This document shows, piece after piece, positions 50,519 to 63,086 of a stretch of 64,000 bases of DNA. The position numbers and the translations under genes are program-made. The stretch is from NCBI GenBank assembly GCA_030390025.1, contig CM059431.1, forward strand, positions 135,782,001 to 135,846,000, read 5' to 3'. The DNA comes from Squalus acanthias (Eukaryota). Under the pieces are notes generated by a model. It worked only from the letters and a program-made list of their open reading frames with translations, was not told where the DNA came from and ran no database searches. The number at the start of each line of letters is the position of its first letter. Position 1 is the stretch's first letter.

Positions 50519-51601
50519 TCACCAACCTTATTTACCACACTTCGTGCATTCACACATATGTTCTGTAACCCTGTCTTAGATCTTCTTGTATTCTCTCTTA
50601 GTCTAGCCCCATCTAATACCGTACTATTTCTTACTCTAGTGCTATCTGTCTCTCCCAATCCTTTGTGCACCTTGTTTCTCCTTTCTAATGCTACATCCTG
50701 GTGCCCATCCCCCTGCCAAATTAGTTTAAACCCTCCCCAACAGCCCCCCACGAGGACATTGGTCCCGGCTCTGTTGAGGTGCAACCCGTCCGGCCTGTAC
50801 AGGTCCCACCTCCCCCAGAACTGGTCCCAATGTCCCAGGAACTTAAATTCCTCCCTCCTGCACCATCTCTCCAGCCACACATTCATCTCCTCTATCCTTC
50901 TATTCCTATACTCACTAGCTCATGACACCAGGATTAATCCAGAGATTACTACCTTTGAGGTCCTGCTTTTTAATCTTTTTCCTAGCTCCCTAAAATCTGT
51001 CTGCAGGACCTCATCCCTCTTTCTACCTATGTCGTTGATACCAATATGGACCATGACCTCTGGCTGTTCACCCTCCCCCCTCAGAATGTTCTGCAGCCGC
51101 TCAGTGACATCCTTGACGCTGGCACCAGGGAGGCAACATACCATCCTGGAATCACGTCTGTGTCGCAGAAATGCCTGTCTTTTCCCCTAACTATTGAATC
51201 CCCTCTCAGTATTGCTTTCCTGATCTTCCTCCTCCCTGCCTCCTGTACAGCTGAGTCACCCGTGGTGCCATGGACTTGGCTCTGGCTGTACTCCCCAGAG
51301 GAACCATCGCCTTCACCAGTGGTTAGAGAGTGAGATGCAGTCAGGGGACTCCTGCACTACCTGCCTGGGCCTCATTGTCTGTCTGACGGTCACCCATTCC
51401 CTCTGCCTGCACACTCTTACGCTGCAGGGTGACCACCTCCTGAAACGTGCTATCCACGTAGCTCTCAGCCTCACGGATGCAACGCAGTGATGCCGGCTGC
51501 TGCTCAAGCTCCGAAACCTGGAGCTTGAGCTCCTCCAGCTGACGACACTTCCTGCACATGTGGTTGTTCAGGACACGGGAAGCGTTCCCACATGGCACAA
51601 G

Positions 51602-53045
51602 ATGTAGCTTTTTATAGCTCTTACTATCTGTTTTGTGACCCTTTGCTGTTCTTTGTATCTTTCCCATTCACTAGGATCTATGCTATTTTTTGCGTTTTTG
51701 TGCGCTTTTTCTTTTAGTTTTACGCTGGCCCTTACCTCTTTCGTCGTCCATGGCTGGGTTTTTCTGGCAGGTAGAGCTCTTGCCCCTCAGGGGTATAAAC
51801 TGGTTCTGTTTCACATTAAATTCTTTTTTGAACATCTCCCACTGATCTTCTGTCATTTTACCCATTGACAGATTTGCCAAGTTTACTGTGGACAGTCTCT
51901 GCCTCATCCCATTGAAGTCAGCCTTATCGAAATCTAGAATATTAGTAGCTGTTTCGTGTTTCTCCCTTTCAAACGCTACGTTGAACTTGATCATTTTGTG
52001 ATCGCTATTGGATAAATGTTCACGCACAGTTAGGCTATTAACTAAATCTGGCTCATTACTTATTACTAAATCTAATGTGGCATTCCCCTTTATTTCCTCC
52101 AGGACATATTGTTGTAGAAAACTATCCCGGACACACACAAGAAATTCACTACCTTTCTGACAGGTGCTTGTCCCAATCTATATGAAATTTAAAATCCCCC
52201 ATTAAAATCACTCTGCCTTTACTACACGCTTGTCTGATCTCTGCAATTGTACAATCTAACACTTCACAGCTGCTACCAGAGGACCATACACAACTCCACT
52301 ACAGTCTTAAATCCTTTCCTATTTCTTAATTCTACTCAAAGTCTGCACTGCCTGTTTACCTCACTTTATATCCTCTCTTATCATTGAAGTGATTTCATCC
52401 TTAATCATTAAGGCTACTCATCTACCTCTGCCATTTTCCCTATCTTTCCTGTAGACCTTAAAACCTGGTATATTTAGTTTCCAGTCCTGACCGTCTTGCA
52501 GCCATGTCTCAGTAATGGCTATCCATGTCATAACCTCCAATTTGAATTTGCACCTGCAGTTCATTCAATTTATTCCTTATACTCCGTGCGTTTGTAAAAA
52601 GAACACTTACTTGGGCCACACACCCTAGGTTGTCCTTCAGCTCTAATGTTTTACTCATATGTTTTGTATTTCTCTCTCCTGGTTTAATCGCTTTACATCT
52701 TTTAATTTTCCCTTTACCTGTAGTGCCTAAAGCACAATTTCTGACTGTTACTCTACTCTCTTCCCTTTCGTTTGTTTTTGAACTATTATTTGCCCTATAG
52801 TTTCCACCTGAGCGCTCCCCCCCCCCCCCCATTTACTAGGTTAAAGTCCTTGTGACTGCACTATTTATCCTTTCCGCTAGGACCCTGATCCCACTCCGAT
52901 TCAGGTTGAGCCCTTCCCAACGGTACAGTTCCTTCCTGTCCCAATACTGGTGCCAGTGCCCCATGAAATGGAACCCCTCTTTCCCATACCACTCCTTTAG
53001 CCACGTGTTCATTGCTCAAGTGACAGGCATTTGCTCACAGCACTT
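51602..53045 (-). mobile_element. CR1 fragment (ORF1 end and APE region), another subfamily
   Basis: FTNARSIRNKLNEL, FLQQYV..ATLDLVISNE..SDH. Confidence 0.85.
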
Positions 53046-54105
53046 AGAGTCATAGAGTCATAGAGCTATACAGCACAGAAAGAGGCCCTTCGGCCCATCG
53101 TGTCTGCACTGGCCATCAAGCCCTATCTATTCTAATCCCATTTTCCAGCACTTGGTCCGTAGCCTTGTATGCTATGGCGTTTCAAGTGCTCATCTAAATG
53201 CTCCTTGAATGTTGTGAGGGTTCCTGCCTCTACCACCCTTTCAGGCAGTGACTTCCAAATTCCAACCACCCTCTGGGTGAAAAAGTTTTTCCTCAAATCC
53301 CCTCTAAACCTCCTGCCCCTTACCTTGAAACTATGCCCCCTGGTTATTGACCCCTCTACTAAGGTCAAAAGTTCCTTTCTATCTACTCTATCTATGCCCC
53401 TCATAATTTTGTACACCTCAATCAGGTCTCCCCTCAGCCTTCTCTGCTCTAAGGAAAACAACCCCAGCCTATCCAGTCTCTCTTCATAGCTGAAGCGCTC
53501 CAGTCCCAGGTAACATCCTGGTGAATCTCCTCTGCACCCTCTCCAATGCAATCACATCCTTCCTATAATGTGGCGACCAGAACTGCACACAGTATTCCAG
53601 CTGTGGCCTAACTAGCGTTTTGTACAGCTCCATCATAACCTCCCTGCTCTTATATTCTATGCCTCGGTTAATGAAGGCAAGTATCCCATATGCCTTCTTA
53701 ACCACCTTATCTACCTGTCCTGCTGCCTTCAGGGATCTGTGTACATGCACACCAAGGTCCCTCTGATCCTCTGTCCTCCCTAGGGTCCTACCATTCATTG
53801 TGTCCTCCCAAAATGCATCACCTCACACTTTTCAGGGTTAAATTCCATTTGCCACTGTTGTGCCCATCTGACCAACCCGTCTATATCGTCCTGTAGCCTG
53901 AGGCTTCCCTCCTCGCTATTTACCACTCCACCAATTTTCGTGTCATCTGCGAACTTACTGATCATACCTCCTACATTCATATCTAAATCATTAATGTACA
54001 CTACAAACAGCAAAGGACCCAGCACCGATCCCTGCGGTACACCACGGGACACAGGCTTCCAGTCACAAAAACAACCTTCGACCATCACCCGTTGCCTCCT
54101 GCCAC
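53046..54105 (-). mobile_element. CR1 3' part
   Basis: ORFs 53795-54088, 53484-53798 and 53132-53551; (CTATGACT)n tail. Confidence 0.92.
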
Positions 54106-55058
54106 TTGTTCTGAGTGTTTGCTTTCAGTACTTTTCAGGTGATTTCTACAACTTTGGAGGTCACTCTCACTACTTTGGAGGTCAGTCTCACTACATTGGA
54201 GTCACTCTCACTACGTTGGAGGTGAGATTCACTATATTAGAGGTCACTCTCACTACATTGGAGGTTTGTGCGTCTGATCCCCACTTTACATCTGTCAAAT
54301 GTCAGCTCAGCATTGGTGTCGCTTATGCTGTTTCAACTTGGACCTCAGATGAGGACCTGTGTCAACAGCACCAGCAGCAGGAGGACCAGCAGCAGCAACA
54401 ACACCAGTAGCACCAGCAGTAGAAGCAACAGCTTTCTCCTCACAGACCTGCTGCTCCACAGGAGAGTGGGGATGAGCACAGAGGTGCAGTTTGCAGGAGG
54501 CAATACGTGCAACACATGGTATACGGGCAGAGGATCAGCTTCCTTGACATGTCCGAACACCAGTGTCTCAGGAGGCTCAGGGTATCATGTCAGGCTGTGG
54601 CAGACATTTACACTCTGCTGGAACAAGACCTGCTGCCAACTGGACCTGGTGGCCATGCTTTACCAGTAACTGTCAACCTGACCACCGCCCTCAACTGCTT
54701 CACCTCAGGCTCCTTCCAGAGATCTGCAGGAGACATTTGCAGGATTTCGCAGTTGGCTGCCCACAAATGCATAACACAGGTGACCAATGCTATGTTTGCC
54801 AGGGCAGGCAATTATGTACACTTTGTCACCGATGAAGCCAGTAAAAATGAGCGTGCGCTAGGGTTTTTGGCACTGGCTAGCTTCCCACAGGTGCAGGGCG
54901 TCATCGACTCCACACATGTGACCATCAAGGCGCACCCAGATCACCCAGGCATGTTTGTGAACCGTAAGAGCTTCCACTCCCTCAATATGCAGCTCATCTG
55001 CAACCACAAAAAGATCACTATGGAGGTGTGTGCAAGATTCCTAGGGAGCTGCCATGAT
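54106..55058 (+). pseudogene. Harbinger transposase fragment (family of 21145-23880)
   Basis: ORF 54507-55172: QGVIDSTHV, FVNRKSFHSLNMQ, GSCHD; truncated on both sides by CR1. Confidence 0.88.
54127..54265. repeat. ~21-bp tandem repeat, about 6 copies
   Basis: Unit CACTACTTTGGAGGTCACTCT. Confidence 0.8.
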
Positions 55059-55059
55059 C

Positions 55060-55705
55060 GCCCCTCTAGATCTATTGCCAATGATTTTAACTCTATAACC
55101 TCTGGTTATTGTTCCACTCACCAGAGGAAAAAAAAATTCTCTATCTACTCTCTCAAAACCTCTCAATCTTGAAAACCTCGATTAGGTCACCTGTTAACCT
55201 TCTCTGTTCCAAGGAGAACAGTCCGAACTTTTCAACCTCTCCTCATAACTGAAGTCCCTCATCCCTGGTAACATCCTGGTAAACCTCCTCTGTCCCCTTT
55301 CTAAGGCCTTTACATCTTCCCTGAAATGTGGTGCCCAGAATTGTCCACAATGCTTCAGCTGAGGCCTAGCCAGTGATTTATAAAGTTCTAGCATGATCTC
55401 TTTGCTTTTATATTCTATTCCTCTATTTTAAACCCTTTTAACCACCTTATCAACTTGTCCTGTCACATTTAAGGATTTGTGTATATGGGCATTAAGGTCT
55501 TTCTGCTCAACTACACTTTTCAAAATTGTACCATTTATAGTATACTGTCTTTCCATATTAGTCCTCCCAAAGTGCATCACTTCACACTTCTCCACATTGA
55601 ACTCCATCTGCCATGCTTCTGCACATTTCACCATCCTGGATTCTATAACTATCCTCATCACTATCTACTACTTTGCCAAATTTCATATCATCTGCATACT
55701 TAGAG
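55060..55705 (-). mobile_element. Degraded CR1 3' fragment
   Basis: ORFs 55428-55661 and 55194-55394. Confidence 0.85.
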
Positions 55706-56097
55706 TTACCCCTATCAAGTGTATCATGCTACATTTGCCTATATTAAAGGACATCTGCCAGATACAGACCTATTCCCCCATCACATCTAGATCTACCTGC
55801 CATTATTTTTTTTCATCTAAGATCCTTACACCCACTCACATCTTCATGTCATTTGTTAACTGACAGATACCGGGCAGGATTGGTGGCGGGTCGGGTGGGA
55901 AATTTGATTTTTTTGACAATGGGTCGGGATGCACCTTTCTCAATGTCGAGTCTTTCAGCGCTGAGAAGACTCGACAGGCAGCGGTGGGTGACCCAATTAA
56001 GCTCATTATTGCCTTGTTGACACTCCCTTAATAATACATTTTACCTTACCTTTTCACTTTTACTGCTCACCCACGGGGTCCACGCTGCTCGGGGATC

Positions 56098-57592
56098 ATA
56101 GATACATAGATACATAGAAGATAGGAGCAGGAGTAGGCCATCCGGCCCTTCGAGCCTGCTCCGCCATTTAATGAGATCATGGCTGATCCTCCAATTCAGT
56201 ATCCCGTCCCCGCCTTCTCTCCATAACCCTTAACCCCTTTTGCCTGTAGAAATATATCTAATTCCCTCTTAAATATATTTAATGAGCTGGCGTACGCTGC
56301 CCTCTGTGGCAATGAGTTCCACAGGTTCACCACCCTCTGAGTGAAGAAATTCCCCCTCATTTCTGTCCTAAATGGTTTAGCCCTTATCCTTAAATTATGT
56401 CCTCTAGTTCTGTTCTCACCCGCCAAGGGAAACATTCCTTCTGCATCTAGTCTGTCTAGACCTGTCAGAATTTTATACACTTCTATGAGGTCCCCTCTCA
56501 ATCTTCTAAACTCCAGTGTGTACATACCTAAACTACATAGTCTCTCCTCATAGGTCAATCCCGCCATTCCTGGTATCAGCCTGGTGAATCGCCGCTGCAC
56601 CCCCTCCATGGCAAGAACATCTTTCCTCAGATGAGGCGACCAAAACTGTACACAGTACTCGAGGTGTGGTCTCACCAGTGCCCTGTACAGCTGCAGCAAG
56701 GTATCCCTGTTCCTGTATTCCAACCCTTTTGCTATGAAGGCCAGCATACCGTTTGCCTTCTTGACCGCCTGTTGCACCTGCATGCTCGCCTTCAGTGACT
56801 GGTGTACAAGAACACCCAGGTCTCTCTGTACTTCCCCCTCTCCCAATTTATTGCCATTTAAATAATAACTTGCCCTCCCGTTCCTGCACCCAAGGTGGAT
56901 AACTTCGCACTTGTCCACATTATAGTGCATCTGCCATTTATCCGCCCAATCACCCAGTCTGTCCAAATCGCTCTGGAGCTTCCTGGTCTCCTCCTCTGAG
57001 CCCACCCCCCCTCCTAGTTTAGTGTCGTCTGCAAATTTGGAAATGCTGCATCCGACTCCCTGATCCAGGTCATTAATGTAAATTGTGAACAGCTGGGGAC
57101 CCAGGACAGATCCCTGTGGTACCCCACTTGTTACTGCCTGCCATTCAGAAAATGAGCCGTTTATTCCAACTCTCTGTTTTCTATCTGACAGCCAGTTCTC
57201 TATCCACGTCAATACTTTCCCCTTTATCCCATGAGCTTCAATTTTCCCTGCTAATCTTTTATGTGGGACCTTATCGAAGGCCTTTTGGAAGTCCAGGTAC
57301 ACCACATCTACTGGCTCTCCCCCATCTATTTTACCAGTTACTCCCTCAAAAAATTCCAATAGATTAGTCAAGCACGATTTACCCTTTGTAAATCCATGTT
57401 GACTCTGTCCTATCCTGTCCCCATTTGCTAAGTGCTCCGCTATTTCATCCTTAATGATGGACTCCAGCATTTTGCCCACAACTGATGTAAGGCTTACAGG
57501 TCTGTAATTACCTGCTTTTTCCCTACCCCCCTTTTTGAATAGTGGGGTAACGTTAGCTACCCTCCAATCCATGGGCACTGTTCCCGAGTCTA
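56098..57592 (-). mobile_element. Young 5'-truncated CR1 with uninterrupted 460-aa RT/C-terminal frame
   Basis: ORF 56196-57578 has no stops; (CTATGTAT)n tail. Confidence 0.96.
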
Positions 57593-57857
57593 CCTGAGGT
57601 GGGAGTTGAATGGCTATTGAATCAGCTGATTGGTTGACAGCTTGAAATGTGCTCTAAAAGCTCCCACCTCACAGCTGTTCACTTTCCAAGCTCAGAAGCT
57701 GTTGCTTACTCCATTTGGAATGCAGATTGCGCTTTATGCGGGCTGCAAGTGTTTGGAGCAAACTCTCTGTCCAGTGTCACTTCATTGAAACAACCTCTCT
57801 CACCACTGACAGATCGCTTCTGTCATCTCAACTTCACCGGCCATCTATTCCATCAGC

Positions 57858-59050
57858 ATGGGTACCGTTTATACTTTTTCACCTTGGTCCTCAGAATCTG
57901 ACCACGATCAGCCCCAACACCAGCAGAACCAGGCACACCAGCAGCAACAACACCACTAACCTTCTCTTCAATGCCCTGATGCTGCACAGGACAGAGGGCA
58001 TCAGCGCAGGGCTGCACCGCACCGGAGGCAATGCCCCCAACACAGGGTATACAGGCAGAGGATGAGCTTCCTCAACATGACTGAGCAGACATTTGCACTT
58101 TGCTCGAGCAAGACCTGTAGCCCAGAGGAGTGGGTGGACACGCGTTACAAGTGGCTGTCAAAGTCACCAACACCCTCAACTTCTTCGCCTCAGGCTCCTT
58201 CCAAGGATCTGTAGCAGACATTTGCGGCATCTCGTAATCGGATCCCACAGATGCATCACACAGATCACCGATGCCTGTTTGACAAGTCAGCCAATTATAT
58301 CAACTTTGCCACTGATGAAGCCAGTGCTGCTGAGCGTGCACTCGACCTTTCCACTCTGGCTGGCTTCCCACAGGTGCAGGGCGTCATCAACTGCACACAC
58401 GTGGCCATCAGGGCACCCCATCATAACCCAGGAGTCTTTGTCAACCGCAAGGGCTTGCACTCCCTCAATGTGCAGCTCATCTGCAACCATAGGAAGATCA
58501 TTATGCATGTGTGCACCAAATTCCCTGGCAGCTGCCATGACTCTTTCATCCTGCGTCAGTCCACGGTCCCTCAGCTCTTCGCTCCTCCAAACAGACTTTT
58601 CGGCTGGCTGCTTGGAGACAAGGGCTATCCACTGAAGACGTGGCTCATGACACCTTTGAGGAGGCCAAGTACTGAGGCTGAGGAACATTATAAGGAAAGC
58701 CACATTTCCACCAGATGGGTCATACAGCAGACAATAGGCATGCTCAAAATACACTTCAGATGCCTTGACAGATTTGGAGGAGCCCCTTAGTACACAGGGT
58801 CTCCCGAATCATCATGGTCTGCTATGCCCTGCACAACAAAGCGCAGCAGCGGGGAGTAGCGCTGCATGAGGAACAAGATGCAGAGCGCACAGCCTCTTCA
58901 GAGGAGGAGGAGGAGGAAGAGGAGGAGTAGGAGCATCAGGTGGAAGACGAGGATGAGGAAGACCTGGAGGTGCCGGCAATCCAGATGCCACCAGTATGCG
59001 AGCGCACTGCTGCCCGTGAAGCCAAGGATTTACTTAACTTTTACTTAACT
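57858..59050 (+). pseudogene. Harbinger DDE transposase pseudogene
   Basis: ORF 58251-58790: [39 protein letters not shown]; frameshifts upstream. Confidence 0.9.
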
Positions 59051-61159
59051 TTACGCAGCACAGCCATGTGGCTGGCACATGCGTCGCCAGGTTGGCTACA
59101 CCCCACATCCTTACCATAAAGCATCCCGACAATGACCAGTTCATTCTTTTCACCGCCACCATCATTGCTGGGGTTTAAGGTAGCCCTGACCGTTTACTCT
59201 GCCACTTCCAATTGTGCACACAAATTTGTCACAGACCTCAAAGTTTTGAAAATAAATGATTTAATACAAAAGATTATTTCAATGTAAACTTAACAATAAC
59301 ATTGAAGGAAACACCCAAGTGGCCACCCTTATGACTCTACTTGTGTGGCTTCTTTTGCTTCCGTGTGCTTCTACGTGGTGGTACCCCTGTGGCTTCAGCA
59401 GAGGTGGAGGCAGCCTCCTCACTTCCCCGCTACACCTGCTTAGATGCCTTTGGCGGTCGTCCTCTGGGGTTTGTAGCCTGTGAGGGCCCCGCCAAAGTCT
59501 GCTCTTCCTGCGACTGTGCAGGGGCAGACTCGGCCATCGCTGTCCAGGGAGGCATCTGGGGCTCTGAACGAGGGGTTGGCAATGGGGGAGAAGTGTGAGC
59601 GCTTTGAGAGGAGCCCCCACTTCCATGTCCCCTCCCACCATCGTCCATTTCATGGGCCACCCGCACCTCCCTGCTAGCAAGGAGCTGGAGAACACCTTGC
59701 TGTACATCAGTGGGGCCATGAGGACCCACATCTACACTGATATCCCTACTAGAAAGGACGTCTATGAACCTCCGGGTTCTATCCTCCGTAGATGCCCATC
59801 TATCCTCCATAGATGCCCATCTATTTTGCATAGAGACCATGTGCTTGCGTGACTGGCGCATTAGGTCCTCCATGCAGGTGGCCATCCTATTCATGGAGGA
59901 ACCTACAGCCGCGATTGCCTGCACCATGGTGGTGCTCATATTGGAGAAGGATTCCTCGATTCTCTGAATTCTCTGCAGTCACTGCGATCGCAAAACCTGT
60001 CAGAGCCTCCTGCACTTCCAGGATCGCCCTCTCTCTGGATGGCCCCTGAGGCTCAACGTCTGCATACAGCTGAACAGGGCTGGGAGAGTCCTGCGCCCTC
60101 CGACGAGGACTCTCCACTGCTGACCCTGTCTCCACCATCTGCTCTTGCTCACGTGCTGTGAAAGACACCAGGTGACAACACTACTCTATCTCGCGACGGC
60201 CCCACTGAGGTGTGCGTCTCTGCGCTGGTGCTGGCTTGCCTTGGCTCAGGTGGCGCTGCGTCCTCAGAGGCGGGAGGGTCCTCTGAGGAGTCATCTTGCT
60301 CTTCCTCCTGGACAGTGGGGGGGTGGCTCTTGATGGCCTATGGGAGAGTAAAGAGATCAGTTAGATATATCATGTGCAGATTGTATACAGATACCATTAT
60401 GCTCATGATGAGCATTCAATGTCTCCTGACATCAGCCCCCATATGAGTGACTGATGAATGCCATGTAGCTGTATGGAAACTGATTCTGTCACCAGGTTGT
60501 TGTGTGATGAGCCCCTCTTTCCGTCCCCCACCGCCGGCTGGTCACCCGCTCCAGAGATCTCCTGGGCAGTCTCCTCCGCACTGGTGAGGGTTGGGAGGGA
60601 TGTAGGGCCTCCTCCCGTTCTCTGCCTCTCCCTCATGTTGTGGGCTCGCTTTTCCTGCAAGGAGGGAAAGAAGAGAAGGTTGAGTTAGAGCGATGGAATG
60701 AGTGTAAGAAATGGAAGGGTTACATGTGTAGAGGGTGACTTTGATGGAATGGGGTGGCAATTCCAAGTGACCTCCTTGTGACCTGCCCAGGTAGGGAAAA
60801 TCGCGATCTTAGTCCACCGACACATTGATAAAGATTCTTAAGAGCAATGGCCCTAACATAGAGAATAAATGCTAACATGGATTGGTTGGGCTTAATAGAT
60901 GATTTCCTAGGGTTCCCAACCTTCTCGCTTTCGGTGCGAGTCTACCAGAATGGGTGATTGCTATCCTGAATGCTGATGCTAGCGACTCGGGAGAAACAGT
61001 CCTTCTATGCATGGTTCGCGCATGCACAGTACCTTGGTTGTTGTGGTTGCAGCCAATTCGTGTTGTCTGGGCCCTGCTGGTCCCCCTGCTATTGGGAATA
61101 TCCTTACCAGTTGTCAGCATCGGGGACAACAAAAATTGCCTGGAAACTCCATGTGTCCT

Positions 61160-61370
61160 AGGAGGGAGAGAGAGAGAGAAAAACACAAACTGAGGGAGGG
61201 AGGGAGGGAGAGAGAGCACAACACAAACTGGGATGGAGGGAGAGAGAGAATAACACAAACTGGGGAGGAGGGAGGAGGGAGGGTGAGAGAGAAAGAAGCA
61301 CAAACTGGGGAGGGAGGGAGAGAGAGAGAAACAAACTAGGAGAGGGAGAAGCACAAAATGGAGGAAAGGA
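61160..61370. repeat. Purine-rich minisatellite, about 5-6 units of ~30-40 bp
   Basis: Repeated ACAAACTG(G/A)GGAGGGAGGGAGAGAG. Confidence 0.8.
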
Positions 61371-62289
61371 GAGTTCATGTCGGCCTGTGATGTGCGTTGT
61401 TGTATAATGGGTATTTTGCGACCCCTATGGGTGCGCACAACGTGTATACGCGTCCGTAGGGGCTGCGAAAGTTCCGGGTTTAGGTATGCGAAGTGCATGC
61501 GCTAAAACCCAGAACTTGCGATGTCAAGAATCTTCTTGACAGATCCTCCACATCCCCGGGAGATGGGCCTCTGCGGGTGGAGAGTTGCGCTATTTGCCCA
61601 TTTTCCACCCGCTGAATGCCTCTGAAATTCTTATGCCTGATAAAAGCAGTAAGGCCTGCTTTTACCAGCATAAGAGTTTTAAAAAATAGAAAAATTAAGT
61701 TTTATCACTCATTTATACATTAAAAACCCTGTCCAATAAGGAAAGTTTATTTTTAGCCCCATTAAAACATATTTTAAAAAATTCAAAAAATTAAATTTTT
61801 GTTACAAATATTTAATTAAATGGCTTTTTAATTAATTTTAAATATATAATTTAAAACATTTTTTATTTCATTTGTTCGTGTATTTTTTAAGTGATCCCCA
61901 TTCATACTTATGGGAGTTCTGTATGTACGGAAATCCCATAAGTATGAATGGGCATTCCCTTCTTTTATTGGTTGGGCTGGCCCATGTGATCCCAGAGGCG
62001 CTTGCGAACCGCATGCACCCCTGCGATACATGGGGCTCTGCCCGCGGGTACCCAGAGAGTCCCAGGATCGCAAGCCTCCATAAAACGAGCGTGCAGCAAA
62101 CTGGCAGAGATGCTGTCAGCGCTTCTTAAAGGGACATACACATCTTTCAGGTAAGTTTGCATTTAAGTATTTAGACTGGATTTTTTATATTTTATTGAAG
62201 TCGTGGCTTGGTGCAATACATGTTAAAAGCTTTTTTAAGCATGCAGAGAGTGCACAGAGTGTTGCTGGACATTTGCAAGACCTCTGAGA

Positions 62290-62352
62290 AGATAGAAAAT
62301 GCTGGAAATACCCAGCAGGTCAGGCAGCATCCATGGAGAGAGAAACAGAGTT
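62290..62352 (-). mobile_element. Penelope-like 3' end remnant
   Basis: Matches 15330-15392; homology ends at the hammerhead stem I. Confidence 0.7.
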
Positions 62353-62355
62353 CGC

Positions 62356-62812
62356 GGGCTGGATTTTACTAACCTCGGCGGGTCCGTGGCGGGTCCCGGC
62401 CTCGCTGCCAGCTCCAATCTGCTGTCCAAAATTATTTTCCCCTGATTAGGCTTGTTAAGCCTGCCCAGTGCATTTGCCGGCCAATTGAAGGAAGCGGGTC
62501 TGATGATGTCATTTGATGACACGTCATCAGCCGTTCCCTTAAAGGAACCATGCGCAAATTGATTTTGACAGTGATGCTGTCAGTGTTCTACAACATTGAG
62601 GTGCTGCAAACACTGATAAGCACTTCACAGAGGTGCACGGCTGCACCCTGGCTCTCCAATGACTCCCTCCACATGCTTATGAAGGGAGTCACAGCACGCA
62701 GGGCAGTCCTCTTCCCTTTCCATGGGCGGAAGAGACCTCCCCAGGAGACCAACACAGCTTGGTTGCACATTACACAGGAGGACCAGGCTGCAGTGGCGCA
62801 AACCTTTCAATG
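62356..62812 (+). mobile_element. Harbinger left end with Myb exon remnant (family of 43040)
   Basis: Starts GGGCTGGATTTTACTAACC; colinear with 43040-43545. Confidence 0.85.
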
Positions 62813-63086
62813 ACCCAGTGCTAAACTCAGCGCTAAGGTCCAAGTTCACAGAGCATGACGTTAAGTCGGTCTGCATGCTGACTGAGGTCACGCTCTCCAT
62901 ATTTGCATCTCCAGGGTCAGCGTTGCTATCGGCAGCGCTATGGCCCTCACCAAAATGGCAGCCACCAAGTCCCGCGCCAGAGAAGGGTGTTAGAGTGACG
63001 GCCCCCATTTGTTACCGGGATTGTGGCAGTAACTCGTGGCGGTAAGGTAGGGAATTTCTGGGCTCATGACTCTAGTTTCGGACTCT

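Larger units (their letters stand above)
45050..51601 (-). mobile_element. Near-full-length CR1 LINE (ORF1 zinc finger + SGNH esterase, ORF2 APE-RT) with four nested insertions
   Basis: HMCRKCRQLEELK, CCLPGASVKDV..HIGINDIG, DGLHLN, then CVNARSVVNK / YDVVAIMENWL, and RT ORFs 47309-47827 and 46764-47186. Confidence 0.9.
55862..60770. mobile_element. Two-gene Harbinger transposon lacking recognisable TIRs, interrupted by CR1
   Basis: Transposase on plus strand ~57858-59050; Myb-gene exons 2-3 on minus strand ~59320-60655; sequence rejoins across the CR1 at 56097/57593. Confidence 0.87.

Noticed and set aside
54127..54265. CRISPR-like array
   Set aside because: Tandem units without unique spacers, in a eukaryotic context with no cas genes.
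462..57367. Many recurrent ORFs such as MSSANLEIL.., MWSHQGPVQ.. and MNSGVTLATLQ..
   Set aside because: They are antisense shadow frames of CR1 ORF2, not genes.
60872..61498. 208-aa minus-strand ORF
   Set aside because: Spans a low-complexity minisatellite and unrelated segments; no recognisable domain.
61380..62250. Probable arm of another DNA transposon
   Set aside because: No TIR, TSD or second copy found in the window, so it was not called.
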